A stretch of DNA of 64,000 nt from the NCBI GenBank assembly GCA_013265495.1, contig MU061538.1:496001-560000 (forward strand), read 5' to 3'. Below, piece by piece: positions 37,480 to 50,029 of the stretch. This DNA comes from Vicugna vicugna. Taxonomy: Eukaryota. The stretch's first letter is position 1; each line of letters begins with the position of its first letter. A program made the position numbers and the translations under genes. The notes under the pieces are model-generated. The model ran no database searches. It saw only the letters and a program-made list of their open reading frames with translations, and was not told the origin of the DNA.

Positions 37480-37960
37480 GCGCAGCAATTAACCACGCAG
37501 AAGAGCTGTCGGCCCCACGCTCGCCCGGGCGGTGTGATGCCTCCATGCTAAATCGTATCTGACGCTTAATTTAAGTGCGCGGAGCTTTCATTCAGAAGGA
37601 AGCCGGCTGCTGCCGGGTGGGTTTCTTTCTTTCTGCCCGCTCCCCCTCGCCGACCCCAGCCTCACCCTGCCCGCTCGCTCAGGCTCGAATCCAGCTGTCT
37701 TTGCTCTAGATGTCGCCCCAGTGTGCCCCCGGCCCGGGCTTCCCCTCTGCGTGGCAGGATGTCTCCACCTGCAATTTGTAACCGAGAAAAAAATCAATTC
37801 CCCAGGATTGCTGCTGCGCACGACCCCCGGCCTGCTGGTGGGCGTTTGGAGAGCTGCCTCCCCCTGCACCTTCCTCATCAGCGGCCCCCGCTCGGGCGAT
37901 CTGCCCAGGGGGCCGGGTGCTGATGGGCGGGTAATTTCTTGAGGGAGCCTCTGGTCAAGG
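37480..37960. promoter_or_regulatory. Candidate developmental enhancer within a CpG-rich patch
   Basis: CAATTAA 37486-37492, GGTGTGA 37531-37537, TTAATTTAAGTG 37566-37577, and aaaatcaatt near 37790-37800. Motif-based only. Confidence 0.4.
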
Positions 37961-40900
37961 AACCCTTTCTGCGCAGATGTAAGACATGGCCCGGGGCGTC
38001 CTGCTGCCTGAGGGTGAGCCCGTGCCTGCCCAGCAGGACGAGCCGGCACCGCCCCCCCCGAGCCGCCCCCCGAGCCCGGGCAGCAGTGCCCTGTGTCCCG
38101 AGCAGGCGGCGTCTCTCCAGGCTGGTCCCGCTTGGTCTGGTCCTCTCAGACCCCCGAGTTCCCGCTGCTCTGAACTGCCCGGGGATTCCGGCTCCCGGCG
38201 CGTTTAGGTGGTCTCCTCTGAACAGGCGCCTGGGTGCTTGGCCACGGCGCTGGGGGCAGGGAGGGGCTGGACGCCAGAGGGGTTCGCTTAGCTGCCCAAA
38301 CCCATTTTTAAAAGAAATGGAGACACACCCCAGTCAGTGCCAGCCGAAGCGGGAGAATTCCAGGGGAGGCGGGTCCAGGGCCCCCGGCCTCTCCTCCGTC
38401 GCCCTCCTCCCCTTGGTGTGCGGGGGCCCCAGGGCACGAGGAAGCAGCCAACAGGAGGAACCCCAAGGGAGTGCGCAGGTGTGACTCTCCCACGTTCACC
38501 TGTAAGCGGCTGAGGGACCTCCTTCCCAGCCCTAGTGCCACCTTCGCCCCGGAGGGAGGAATCGCCGTCTGCGGAGGCAGTAACCCTCCCCACCCCACCT
38601 CGGGGCTCGACAGGCCCCAGCACATCCGCAGCCTTGGACTGAAAACCGCAGGCCACCAGCGCTGGCACAGGCAGGCCCCCGCACCGTGCAGAAGCTGAGA
38701 CCCCAGAGTGATGGCTCGGCCGGGATCACACGACGGATTAGCAGGAGGGGAGGCTGGGAGGGTGCCCGGGGCGTCCACAGCGCTCCGGGGAGGTTGGGAG
38801 TGCGGTGTCGGGGAGGCCCAGCGCTGCGCCCTCCTCCGCGAACTCCTGGGGCCACCGCGCCCACGAACCCACGTTCAGGTGGCGGCGGTTTTCAGGGAGC
38901 TGCCTGGCTGGTCACATCGGAGCCATAGCCAGACACCAGCCCCATTCCCATCTTTTCACCCGCGCCCCGCTCACCCGTCGCCGTGGCCGGAGGGGCCCCT
39001 CTCCCACACCCCGGCCAAGCCCCTGCCCTGGGTGTTTCCTCGGAGCACCGGATCCCGGACACAGAGGCACCGAAGAGCCAGGAGCGGTTTAGGGTGAAAT
39101 GTGCCCCTTTATGTTCAGCAGGTTAAGGAAGTCAGCGACTGTAAGAGGCGGTTCTTCCCGCCAGGCCAGGGCTCAGAGGGGCCCAGCTCTCACTTCCTCT
39201 TGCCAGTGCAGCTTCCTCAGAAACCCCGGGGAGCCGGGAAGGGGCTGGACCCCACACCCCAGGGCCGGGAGAGACTCCCAGACCGCTCAGCCAGAGGACC
39301 CAAGCCCTTCGCTCCGCCGCGCTTGCCTGGGCGACGAGGACGACGGCAGGCTTTCCACCCGCAGCCCGATTCCCTGTAAACTGCAGACATGCTGGCCGCC
39401 CTGTCTTTTCTGTGCTTCCGTGTACGTCCTGGGCCCTTCCCAGGTCAGACGTGCAGAGAGCAGGCTTGCGTTACTCTCTAACACGCAAAATCAGACCAAC
39501 CTCGTACCTGACACTGAGACTGTGAATGGCTGCACTGCTGTAACTTTATTGATATCGTGTTTTAAGTAAAGAATCAGTTGTCCTGTTTTACTGTTGAAGT
39601 GGGATTCTGAGCATGTGCACAGAGGAGACCTGTGTCACCCCGAGTGGATTCCAGGGTTGCCATGGCTTCCACACAACGGCCTGCGTGGTAAGAATGGAGA
39701 GTCAGGCTGGTTAAAACCGTCACTAGGCTGGGGACCCGGTCACCTGCATGTAGGTGGATCTTCCAGTAGCTTCCACTCACTTGGATTTCAGACTCTTTGA
39801 ATCTAGGTCAGGGTCTAGGAGTGCTTTCCTGGCCCCCCGCCGTAGGTGTCCCCCCACCCAGCACAGCACCCCAGTCTGTCCTCAGCAGCCTGTTCTGGCT
39901 CGTGTTCATTTGTGCGCACTTGCCCCTCCCCCAGACTATCACTAACACGTGGCAGTCGGGCAGTAAATGTCTGTTGAATTAAGAACTCTGCACAAAAACA
40001 GAAAGCAAAGATTATCTAGACAGCAGCAGATACCAGTTCTTCCAGGGTTGTCAGCGTCGAGCACAGAAAACAGTCAGACAGCCAGGGCCTTCCTGTCCCT
40101 TGAGACGTCCTGCCCAGCTGCACGTGGACCCACAAGTGGCAGGCCGGTGTGGGAGGGCAGCTTAGCATCTCCTTAGCGTCCTTGCCGGGTCCTTGCCAGA
40201 ACCTAAGTCGGTCAGCCAGGAAATAGCCATCTCATCTGAGTGCGAGAAGGTGGATGGCAGGGGCGGAACGATGTGGCCCATCCCGTCCGACGCCACTGGG
40301 CAGGGGGAGGCACAGTCCTCACCCAGGCTCTAGGCTGGAGCCCCTTCCCATCGGAGCAGAACGGTGGTGAGATTTCAGTTGACTTGTGTTTTTCATTTGC
40401 CCTGGATCTCTAGCCCCCTACCACCGGGTGGCCTTGATACCGCGTTCAAGTGCTTGGCGGGGTTGGGACGCCCACCGCCTGTGGGCCGGGGGAGGGGACA
40501 GTTGGAGAACCACAGCTGAAGGGTCTGCTTTAATGGTGTCTGGTGACGTGTCTGTGGCGGAGATCGATTTTTTCCCACGCACTGGAAGAACCTATTATCT
40601 CAGAGAAGATGTTAATTAAGAATTCTGTAAATTATAGTGTCTCTACTCCCAGGAAAAGGGCTTAAGGCAGCGCACCGTTAAGAGAAGTGTGTCTGTGTGT
40701 ACGACATGGTCTCAGGGACAGACAGTCTGGGGAGGAGGGGCTCGATGGCCAGCAGGAAAGCACACTTCAGATACGCATTTGAACAAACGCAGGTGTAAGA
40801 GTCAGTAACAAAAATTCCAGCCACACAGACCAAGAGCCCCTGTGGGCGCTGTCCACCTGGAAATCGTGAGTCCTCGTTTGGAAAGATGGTGAGAACACAG

Positions 40901-42379
40901 CCTCCACTGGCTGGAGCCCCTTGTGGGGCACCCCGCTCTGGGGGCCTTCACGCCAGCTGAGCGGGTGGAGATTGGGTGTGGATGTAAGTGAGCTCAGACC
41001 TGGGGGTGTCGCTTTTGAGCTGTCCACCTGCCGTCCATCGGTACCAACGCACATCCCCGGAACCAATGTGGCGGCTCTAGAGGTGTGTTGTTTGCACAGT
41101 GACTGAACTTAGCATTGTCAGTAATTCGGTGTTTGGTTTGATAACAGCCTGTGGGGCAGCGCTTGTGCCCCAGAGCGCAGGGCTCTGCGTCAGCCCCCTG
41201 CGTCAGCCCGGGCCGGCCCGTGGTCAGGTTTCTGGCCACTACTGTAAACTTTTTGGCAGGAGACCTCTTTCTTCTCCCTGAGGAAAGGACGGGACAGGGT
41301 GCAGGTCCTTCGGGGAGTAACGTGAGGGCCCGTGGGTCCCTCCCCAAAGGCGTCTAAGGCTCGGGAAGCAGGTGTCAGGAAGTGAGGGGTGACCGCAGAC
41401 AGGAGGCCGGGGCCACAGGTGCAAAGTGGGCACCTTTTCCGAGTCTCCTGGGTGGTGGCTGCGGCCAGCGCGACAAGCTGCTGCTGCCTCTGTGTGTTTT
41501 GAGCTGCCGTGGTTCGGCGATTTGGAGGCATGAACTTGAGGCCCAGCTGAGAGCCTGGCGAGCGGGCGCTCACCTCGGGGACGTCAAGGGCTTCAGCACT
41601 GCTTCTCTGCGGCGTTTCATAAAGTGAGACCTGTGCCCCTCCCACAGGCACTTGGGGACAAGCAGTGAACCCTGTGTGCAAAATGCCCAGAGCTCCTTGG
41701 AAGAGAAGAGACCGTCTCAGGTGGAGGTGCCAACGCAATACAGATACAACCTGACAGATTCCAGCAGCTGGAAGGCGGCCCTTCTGCTCCCCTGTCCCTG
41801 CCCCGAACTCCTTGCTGTCTTCCTCCAAGTCGAAGCCTTCCAGGGGTGGTGGCTGGCGGAACAGTCATGGTTTGACCTGGGCACATCTTAATTCCTCCGT
41901 GGAATTAGAAATGACAGCACGAAGCCGGAAATCAAGGTCTAGAAACAGCCAAGAGTGCCCTGCTTTCCTGCGACGACGCTGACTCTGATGCTGAGAACGT
42001 CAGAGATCACATTACGTCATTTAAAATAAGGAAGTGTGGGTCCTCCGCAGAGGCTGCGGCGGCCTGCGGGCGAGGCGGCGTGGTCACACCAGGCACAGCC
42101 CCGGGACGGCTGCAGACTGACCTCGTCCACCCGCCAGTCTGTTTGCTATCTTGTGTTTGGACTCGGAGCAAAGGGGCTGCTCCCCGGAGGCCGAGATCCT
42201 CCGCAGGTTCCGGAACATCCCCTCGTCTGGCAGCCCTCTGCTGCTGCTCCGCTGGCGCGCTCCCGCCGCCAGCAGCCGCCAGCCCGCCCCGCAGCCTCTC
42301 TCTCTCCGGCACGTGAGAGTTCAAATGCGGTGCTTGCGGGTGTCCGCCCTCCCGCAGCCCTGGGGGCCAGCCAGCGGTT

Positions 42380-42580
42380 AGTGTGTGGTTTGTTGCAGAA
42401 AACCGCAGGCCTGTGGCTGGCAGTTAGCTGCCTGTGACAGCCTTATTTTAATCAATGCAATAAACAATTTGTAAATAGGTTCTTAAAAGAAACACAGTAC
42501 CAGGAGGGCTTGAAGTGAACATTGTTTAAAAGTGGAAGCACTCACGACAAAATAAAATTTTTAAATGACAGCCCTGAGCC
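42380..42580. promoter_or_regulatory. Candidate developmental enhancer, the densest motif cluster in the window
   Basis: RUNX TGTGGTT 42384-42390 and AACCGCA 42401-42407; TGACAG 42435-42440 and 42566-42571; TAATCAAT 42449-42456; Fox ATAAACA 42460-42466 and GTAAATA 42471-42477; Sox AACAAT 42463-42468 and ATTGTT 42521-42526. Confidence 0.5.
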
Positions 42581-43782
42581 GGGAGGCCCTTCGGGCAGTC
42601 GAGACGAGTGAGGCGGAGACACAGCCCTCGACAGGGCTTCCCAGGAGGGTGGGCGAGCTGGTCCTGGCTGGGGGCCGGGAGGACAGGGACCGGTGGCAGG
42701 GCCCTCTCTTTCCTTGCCTGTGTGTCCCCGTGAGCCCTGTGTCCCAGGCCACCAAGGTCCTCGCAGGGCCCCCGTCACTCCCCCAGGCCACGCGCGCTCC
42801 CAGGGCCAGCAGTGGTGTCTGGCCGAGCACACAGCGCCTTTGATCCGTAGGCCGGTCTGTTCCAGGCCGTCTAGGCAGGCGCTGTGATTTTCCCTGGAAA
42901 TTACAGGCAGTTCTTCAGCCAGGACACAAGGAAACTGAATGCACCTCAACGTGGATGCCAGGGTTCCACCCTTGCCACGCGTCACTGCCTCACAGGGAGA
43001 GACAGTATCCTTTCCGTCCTGCTTTGACTGGGGACCATGGAACCAGAAGGGAAGCCCCAACCCTGAGATGGAGGTCAGGCAGCCTCGAGACCCACCCGTC
43101 GGGTTTTTGCTTCTGATGAGCCAGCGGCCATAGGTGGCCCTCCTCCAGAGCCCCGCCAGGCACAAAGCCGGAGCCCCACGGGGGACGAGGGCTCCCTCCG
43201 TGCACAGCTGACGGTGCACACGCGCTCTCTGCGTGCAGTTGCGGCCGGCCCTCGGCTGGTGCCCGCGTGATCCCGCAGGGACCCTCGCTGGCTGTCCTCC
43301 GGACAACTTGGGCTTCCCAGCCCTGCTGTCAAGGAGCAGCCTGGCACAGCCCTCCAGTGGGGGGAGATGTACCCAGACAAGAAGTGCAAATGACTGACAA
43401 GTGTGTGCTGAGGCCTCGGGAAGCACTTGCCACGTCAAATGTTCAACCAACGCGTGGAGCGCAGGCAGCCGGACCCAGGGCCTCACCCACTCGTGCCTGC
43501 CCATGGGGCCTGCGTGATGCCCGCCGAGGTCTCCTTTTACCAAGAGGACGCGCCGCCCCAGGAGACTCCTGCAGCCTCTGAAAAGGGCAGCTGAAGTCGA
43601 AGCAAGTTCATTCTATCCTTTAAAAATGTCACCTCCCGTCTCACCAGGACAGAGAGCGGCTAACGTTTGTAGGGAGAGCCCTCGGCTCCGGAACAAGGCT
43701 GTGTCCAGTCTGGCCCTGGTCACTGTGTGCTTTTAAAATCACTCTCTCTCAGCGTGGCAGGAACTGCGCCAAAAGTACATGA

Positions 43783-43870
43783 GTGGGAGAGAGGGTGGAG
43801 CTCGGCGGTAGAGCACGTGCTTAGCATGCACGCGGGCCGGGGTTCAATCCCCAGGACCGCCATTTTAAAA
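43783..43870 (+). mobile_element. tRNA-Ala(AGC)-derived SINE, camelid vic-1-like, with 12-bp TSD
   Basis: A-box-like gagctcggcggtagagc, anticodon arm cgtgc-TTAGCAT-gcacg, B box GGTTCAATCC 43841-43850, short A tail. TSD aaaagtacatga at 43771-43782 and 43871-43882. Confidence 0.9.
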
Positions 43871-44023
43871 AAAAGTACATGAAGAGCACACGGTGCGTGA
43901 AAGAGGGAAATGGAGGTTCTACACAGCGTGGCCCCGATGGTCCTGAGGAAGATGCTGGCCACCCTTTCCCCCAACAGTGGACGCTGCCTGTGGTCCCCGA
44001 GCCGCCCTGTGCCTGCTGCCTCA

Positions 44024-44365
44024 GTCTCAGTCAGCTCAGGCTGCTGTGTAGCAAGCACCACTGACACTTACCATCTCGTGGTCCTGAGGCTGGAAGTCCC
44101 AGATCCAGGGGCCTGCAGAGTGGGTTTCTCCTGAGGCCTCTCTTGCTGACTTGTAGGCGGCCACCTTCTCTCTGTGTCCTCACAAGGTTGTCCTCTGTGA
44201 CATGCAGAGAGGGAGAGAGGGGGACCTCTCGTGTCTCTTCCTCTTCGTGTAAGGACCCCAGTCCTGTCAGAGCAGGGCCCACCCCAGTGACCCCACTGAG
44301 CTGTAATTATCTCCTTAAAGGCTTTGTCTCTAAACACAGGCGCATTGGGGGGCTTCAGACTGAGC
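44024..44365 (-). mobile_element. MLT1 (MaLR) solo LTR, MLT1A-like
   Basis: Start gtctcagtcagctcaggctgc; ctgaggctggaagtcccagatc; gtctcttcctcttcgtgtaaggaccccagtcc; taattatctccttaaagg. ORF 44031..44282(-) is the typical MLT1 translation. Confidence 0.85.
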
Positions 44366-47300
44366 TCAGCAGAGCCCGCCTGTGTCCACGCGCAGCCCAG
44401 GGGTCACTCTCTGCCTGGGACTGGGACTCGTCTGCCTAGTAACCACAGCTCTGGCAGGCCCGCAGCCAAACTCAGCCAAGGCTCGTCCGGCCCGTCTGCT
44501 TGGTCAGAGGGCCCGTCTGGCTGTGAGGGGAGCACCAGCCGGTCCAGCTGTGAGTCAGGTGAATGCAGGCCAGTCCAGCTGTGAAGGGAGCTCAGGTTGG
44601 TGGGGGCGCAGGTCGGGGAGAACGCGTGGACGTCGTGGCTGTTCTGAGCTCAAAGGCGGTGCACCGCCAGTGCCTATCAGCTGCCATCGGAGGCCGACCA
44701 GCATCACCCCAGGGCCCCGTCCAAGGTCCACCCACGTGGACGCCCTGGAGACGCGGCCAGTCCTGACCACACAGAGTGTCGGAACCACTGCTCGTCAGGG
44801 CCAGGCCCTCACTGCCACCGCATAGTCCAGACGCACGTCCCCCGAGAGCAGGCGAGCACCTGATACGCGGGAAACGCTGGTTAGAGCCGAGAGTGGTACC
44901 AGCACGGCTCTGCTCCTGACTGGCGACCTCGGACCCTGCGTCCTCAGCCATGGCGTGGGTGGCGTGGGTGGCATGCAGTGAGGGGCCGGGTGGCCCCTGT
45001 GGTCCCACTTATCACAGCGGTTTCGTGTTACCATTTCAAAGCCAAGTGAAAGCGGCTATATTCCAGATGGAAGTACAGCCTTGTAACTTTAGCAAGGTGG
45101 GAGCAGGGTTAAGAATAGAAAACTGTTTACGCAGGGAGTGTTGGCTGAGTCACCGATTAGTCGCTGGGATGTTGTTAAAATATTTGTGAGTCTCTGGGGC
45201 TGGGGACGCTGGGATGCTGCGTCTGCCTCCCTCTCCACTGCAGACCGAGGAGCTGAGTTCCGCTCGGGAAAGCGTGCCGTCTCCGAAAACCACGCGGGCC
45301 ACCGCAGCGGGTTGTAAATCTTTTCTAAGAACCGTGTTGTGTTTTCCTGGAATAAACATTCATGGAGTGTTCGCTGTGCCTCCACTACTGTGCTTAGTGC
45401 CTGAGATGCAGGGTGCGTGACATGGGTCTCCGTCCCCAGGGAGACCTCTCGGATTAACATATTATCCTTCGCGAAATTTTCACTGAGCATCTGTTACGAG
45501 CCAGATGTAGCTGCACGATTCACGGTGCGCACGAGCGGTCAGGCTGCAGCAGGGCCGTCCACGGGCTCGGGCAGGGCCGGGAGGGCCTTGGCCACCTGCC
45601 CAGGGGCCCGGGGCGGACTTCGAGGACGTGCTGTGTGGGCAGGGGTCCAGCGCCAAGAAGCAGTTTGACGGCTGGGTGTGGTCGGCCAGAGCGTTCCAGG
45701 GAGAGGGAGGCGAGGCAGCATCAAGTCAGACGCAACGGTAAAGCCGTAAAGCGATCAGAAAGCTGACGGGTGACTGCAGGAGTTCTGTCTGGATAGGACA
45801 CAGACTTTGAGGTGTGGCCAGCTGAGACCAGATGACCGGAGACGGGCCTAGACGGGCCTCCAGCTGGACTCAGAGGCCGGTGCCCAGCCGACGGGTGTGG
45901 CGTATCCACTGAGGGGTTTAGCTCAGAGGAACCACGTGAGCAGACTTAGGGGGAAGTACTTGGGAAGTGGCTTGAGGTGGGGAAGGCTCCGGGCGAGGAG
46001 GCAGGTGACCTGCGACAGTGGGGTCTCTGGCGGGGACCATGGGCTCGCGCCAACCACGGACGGGGTGGGGGCAGCCACTCCACGGAGGCCGAGCTCCTCC
46101 CGGGACGGGCACCCAGCAGCACGCCTCAGACACGAGGAAGACGGGTGGGAATGCGGGGGGGAGATGGCTCACTCTTGTGAGGAGACCCTGGCCTGATTCT
46201 CCCAGAAGCTGACCGTCAGAGCGGACGGAACGCGAGGAGGGGAGGGCACACGTGAGCACCGCGGGGGCAAGGCAGACCTACTAGACGACACGTCCCACTG
46301 TGAGCCAACGGAAGAGGGTCCAGGCCCTCCCAGAAAACTCCTCGGGCGAGTCAGGCATGAGGCCACAAAGGCAGGTCTCAGGACGGCCGGGGGGTCCCCT
46401 CGGCACCAGGTGCTTGTCTGCTGCCAGAGGGGAGCCAGGAACACGGAAGAGCAAGACGGGGAGGACGTCAGAAGGCGAGGCGCAGAGGGGACGGTGTGGG
46501 GGAGGGGTGCGGGGAGAGGGGCACAGACAGCAGGGGCCTGGGCACAGGGCTGGACCTCGAGCCTAGAACCGCGGGACTCTGTCCCCTGCCCTGCTTAAAG
46601 CCGTCCGTGCGTGTGGCCCCCCACCACACGACAGGGCCACTTTCTGTTGTAGCGTAAAAATAACTTCCCCAAGCCTTCCAGTAAACCTGACCCTCGAGGA
46701 AGATGGACGCGTTCATCTCGGAGCTTCACGTGCCTCTGGGAGACGGCGGTCTCTTTCACACTCATCTTTGTTTTCTTCTGAAAGGAGGACAGAGGGAGAG
46801 CTTGGCGTCCCTGTGCCCGCGGCGCTCCCCGTGCCTCCTCCGGGGTCCCCACGCCCCCGGCCCTCCCTCTCCCACGCACCTCACCCATAGGGCCCGGACC
46901 CGCCGTGGGGCCAGCTGAGCACAGGAAAGTCCTCGGACGACCCCGGACCGTCCTCCCCTCACGCCCCCACCCTGTTGTCCTGGCCCCCAGGCTGAAGGGA
47001 GCACGTCCACTTCCCCCATCGCGGTCCAGGACCAGCACCGCAGGCACCCGGCTCACAGGTCTCCAGTGCAAAGGTCCCTCCTGCTCTCAAACTTCCCAAG
47101 TCTGCCCTTCAAACCGACAGCACTCTTCACGCAAGTGTTACAGGGGAAGCTGTTCCTCAAGAGAAGCTTCTAGGAGTTCCAGTACACGGCAGAGTTCAAG
47201 GTGGAGCCGGGGTCCGGGCAGGTGTCCAGCCCCCGAGCCCCGGGCTGCTGTGCAAACTCCGGCCCGTTCTGGAAACCAGGATGGGGATCCCACTGTCGAT

Positions 47301-47719
47301 AAACAAACCTGCACCAGGAGATGAGTGTCTTCCGTTTCTTCTTCCCTTAAACACACGGAAATTCAAAGATGGGCAGATGGAAAAATCAGATTCCCTGTAT
47401 TGTGTTTAATGAAGCTTCTGCCTCAGAAGATTCGTGGATCAGAGTGATTACTGACCTTCCACCTTTCACGGTCGCCTCCCTGTTTATTCTCATTTCCAGC
47501 GTTACCACCTGGATTCTGGAGGCCCCTAGCACTGGAATTCTGCCGGCTGTGCCCTGGCCGGTGCCCGCGCGGGGGGCCTCCTGCCTAATCGCGGCTGTGC
47601 CCGGCCCCACCCCCTCTGACGGGGCCTCTGCCGGGCTGCGCCCTCCCAACCCCGTCTCCAGGCTGGGGTCAGGGGCTCTGGGAAGTTTGTTCTGGGGCTT
47701 TGGGAGTCTGGACCGGGCT

Positions 47720-47830
47720 GGGGAATTCATCCCTTTTTGTTCCAGTTTCATTAACCTCATGTAAGGAAGCAGGTGAAAGCAATTTATGCAAATCCTTTTT
47801 TCAATAGGGTAAGGCTTCTACCTTTTGATA
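47720..47830. promoter_or_regulatory. Candidate enhancer with octamer and E-box
   Basis: ATGCAAAT 47786-47793, GCAGGTG 47769-47775, CATTAA near 47749-47754, TGATAA near 47826-47831. Confidence 0.35.
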
Positions 47831-48718
47831 ACAGGCAGCCGGGGATGGGGTGGGGGGGGGCGTAGACGGGCAAGTTTGAGGCCCGTTTAAAATCTGAGCT
47901 CCCTTTTTTTCCCCACTTCTTCAAAAGCTTCTCTGAGGATAAGATAAGAATGTAATCCCTTAGTTTGGTACAAATGTTTTAAGACTTCGGTTTCTAAAAT
48001 CCAATTTGAATTATCCCTGAACTTTAAAGCTGTTTTGTCGGTGGAGCCAAAAGATGCCACGTGACCCGTTTCGTAGCTGGCGTTGTCCGGCCTCTGTCGC
48101 TGCCCCCCCAGGCCCCAGCCGGATGTGCCGGCCCAGCCACCACCTCAGAGAGCTCCAGCTCTTGTCCCTTTCAACAAAGACTTTTCTAGGCTTCCTTCCC
48201 CGTAAGCTTGAGGAGTCTTCTGTGTGACAGCGGCCTCGCTCTCAGACACCAGGGCCACCCGGGCGCTGTCAGGCCGCGGGAAGCACTAGCACCGACGTAC
48301 GGCTGCCTTCACGTGGTCGGTGCTAGCGTTCCTCCCCGGGCCCCGGCGGGGCAGAGAGCACCTCGTCTCTGGGCGGCGTCCACCCGGAGGACCCTCACGC
48401 CGCAGGCCCCGCACGGGGTGCAGACGGGGTGCAGCCCATGGGGCCGCCCCAGTGAGCCCGGGCGGAGGAGGCCGGAGCTTGGCAGAGCAGGGGCCCCAGC
48501 ACCGGCGGAGGGATGGCGCACCGCCCCGGGGGCCCGGCCAGGGGCTCAGCTGGGCCGCAGGGCGGGCAGAGGCCCGCCGTGCGTGCCACCACGGCCTCGC
48601 CGCTCTCAGCCGCTTCCGGACTTCAGTCACACGTGTTGGCCTCTCGAGACTTTTTCTCGGGGACGGATAAGCCCTAGAAAGTCCACCAGTTCAGTTTTTC
48701 TCCCCAGTATCACATATC

Positions 48719-49980
48719 CTTTTTTTATTGTGATAAAATACATATAACCCAAATTGACCACTTTGAGCACGTTCAGCTCAGCTCGGGGCATTAAGCGCGT
48801 TCACCTCGTTGTGTGAGTGGCACCACGCCGTCTCCAGACTCTTCATTTCACAAACCTGAGACTGTCCCGTGACACACGGACCCCCTGCCCGCCTCCCGGC
48901 CCCTGGTCACTCCCTTCTGCTGTCGGAGGCTATGGGTTGGCAGTTGCGAGCACCGCACAGGAGGGGGTCCCGCAGTGTTTGTCCTTTTGTGACGGGCTTG
49001 TTTCACGCGGCGTCATGTCCTCCAGGTCCATCCATGTTGCAGCAGGTGACGGAACTTCCTCCCTTTCTGAGGCTGAGTCGTCTTCCGGTTTTCGTGCCAC
49101 GCCGGGTTTATCCAGCCTCTGTAGGAGGACACTGAGTTCGTCATCTTTTGGTTACTGGGACGCGCGCGGCTGTGAACGGGCTTGGGTCCCTCATTTCAGT
49201 GCTTGCGGGTGCGCGGCGAGAAGTGGAATTTCTGGGTCACACAGTGACTCTGGGTCTAACTTTCTGAACAGTCAGCAAGTGGCTTTCCACGGTGGCTGCC
49301 GCTCACATCCCCACCAGCCATCGGGAAGATCCCAGTTTCTCCACGACCCCAGACTGTGTTATTTGCTGTCCTCTCTTGGAGGAGCCGTTCTGACGGGGGA
49401 GGCGGTGTCGAGGCGCGTTTCCCCGACGCCACCGACAGCTGAGCATCACTACGTGCCTGCTGGCCCCGCGGAGACCTTCCTGGAGAGACGCCTGCTCCGC
49501 CCCCGTCTGTCTTCAGCGGGGCTGTTTGTTGCTGCATTTGCATCGCAGGCGTCCTCTGTGTGTCCGGATACCAGCCCCTACGAGATATGTGATTTGCAGT
49601 TGGTTTCACCTGCTCTGTGGGGTGTGCTCTTCACTCTCTTAATAGTGTCCTTTAATGCGTAACGGGTTTTAAGCTTGATGAAGTCCAGTTTGCCCATATT
49701 TTCCTTTGGCTGGTGTGTTTTTGGTGTCCTCTGCAGGAAATCACGGCCAAATCCAGTGTCATGACGATTCTCCCATGTCTTCTTCTAAGCGTGTGGAGTT
49801 CTTCCTCTTGCCTTAGGGTGTCCCGTCCTCGTGGGTTCATCGCTGTGCCCGGCGGGAGGTGAGGGCCCAGCGCCACTGTTTTGCGCGCGGACACCCGGTT
49901 TTCCCGGCACAACTTCTCCACGAGACCGTCCTTCCCCGCAGAGCTTTCTGTGAAAGTCAGTTTGTCTTTGTGTAGCGTGT
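48719..49980 (-). mobile_element. LINE-1 3' fragment (L1MB-like), about 1.25 kb
   Basis: Starts ttttttattgtgataaaatacatataacccaaattgacc. Contains cagtgtttgtccttttgtgacgggcttgtttcac, catccatgttgcagcaggtgacggaacttcctcc and cttcactctcttaatagtgtccttt...ttttaagcttgatgaagtccagtttgccc. Confidence 0.9.
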
Positions 49981-50029
49981 GGAAAAAACATTGTTTTTAA
50001 GTAAGAGAGTTTCATTTCAGGGTGGTATT

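Noticed and set aside
42542-43543. 333-aa minus-strand ORF; likewise 20455..21324 and 30669..31517
   Set aside because: Same GC artefact, with no domain or codon-structure signal.
43783-43870. tRNA-Ala gene
   Set aside because: The anticodon arm is intact, but the acceptor stem does not pair and the T stem has a mismatch. The A tail and 12-bp TSD show a retroposed SINE.
48817-49662. 281-aa ORF
   Set aside because: It lies antisense within a decayed L1, where GC drift has removed stop codons.
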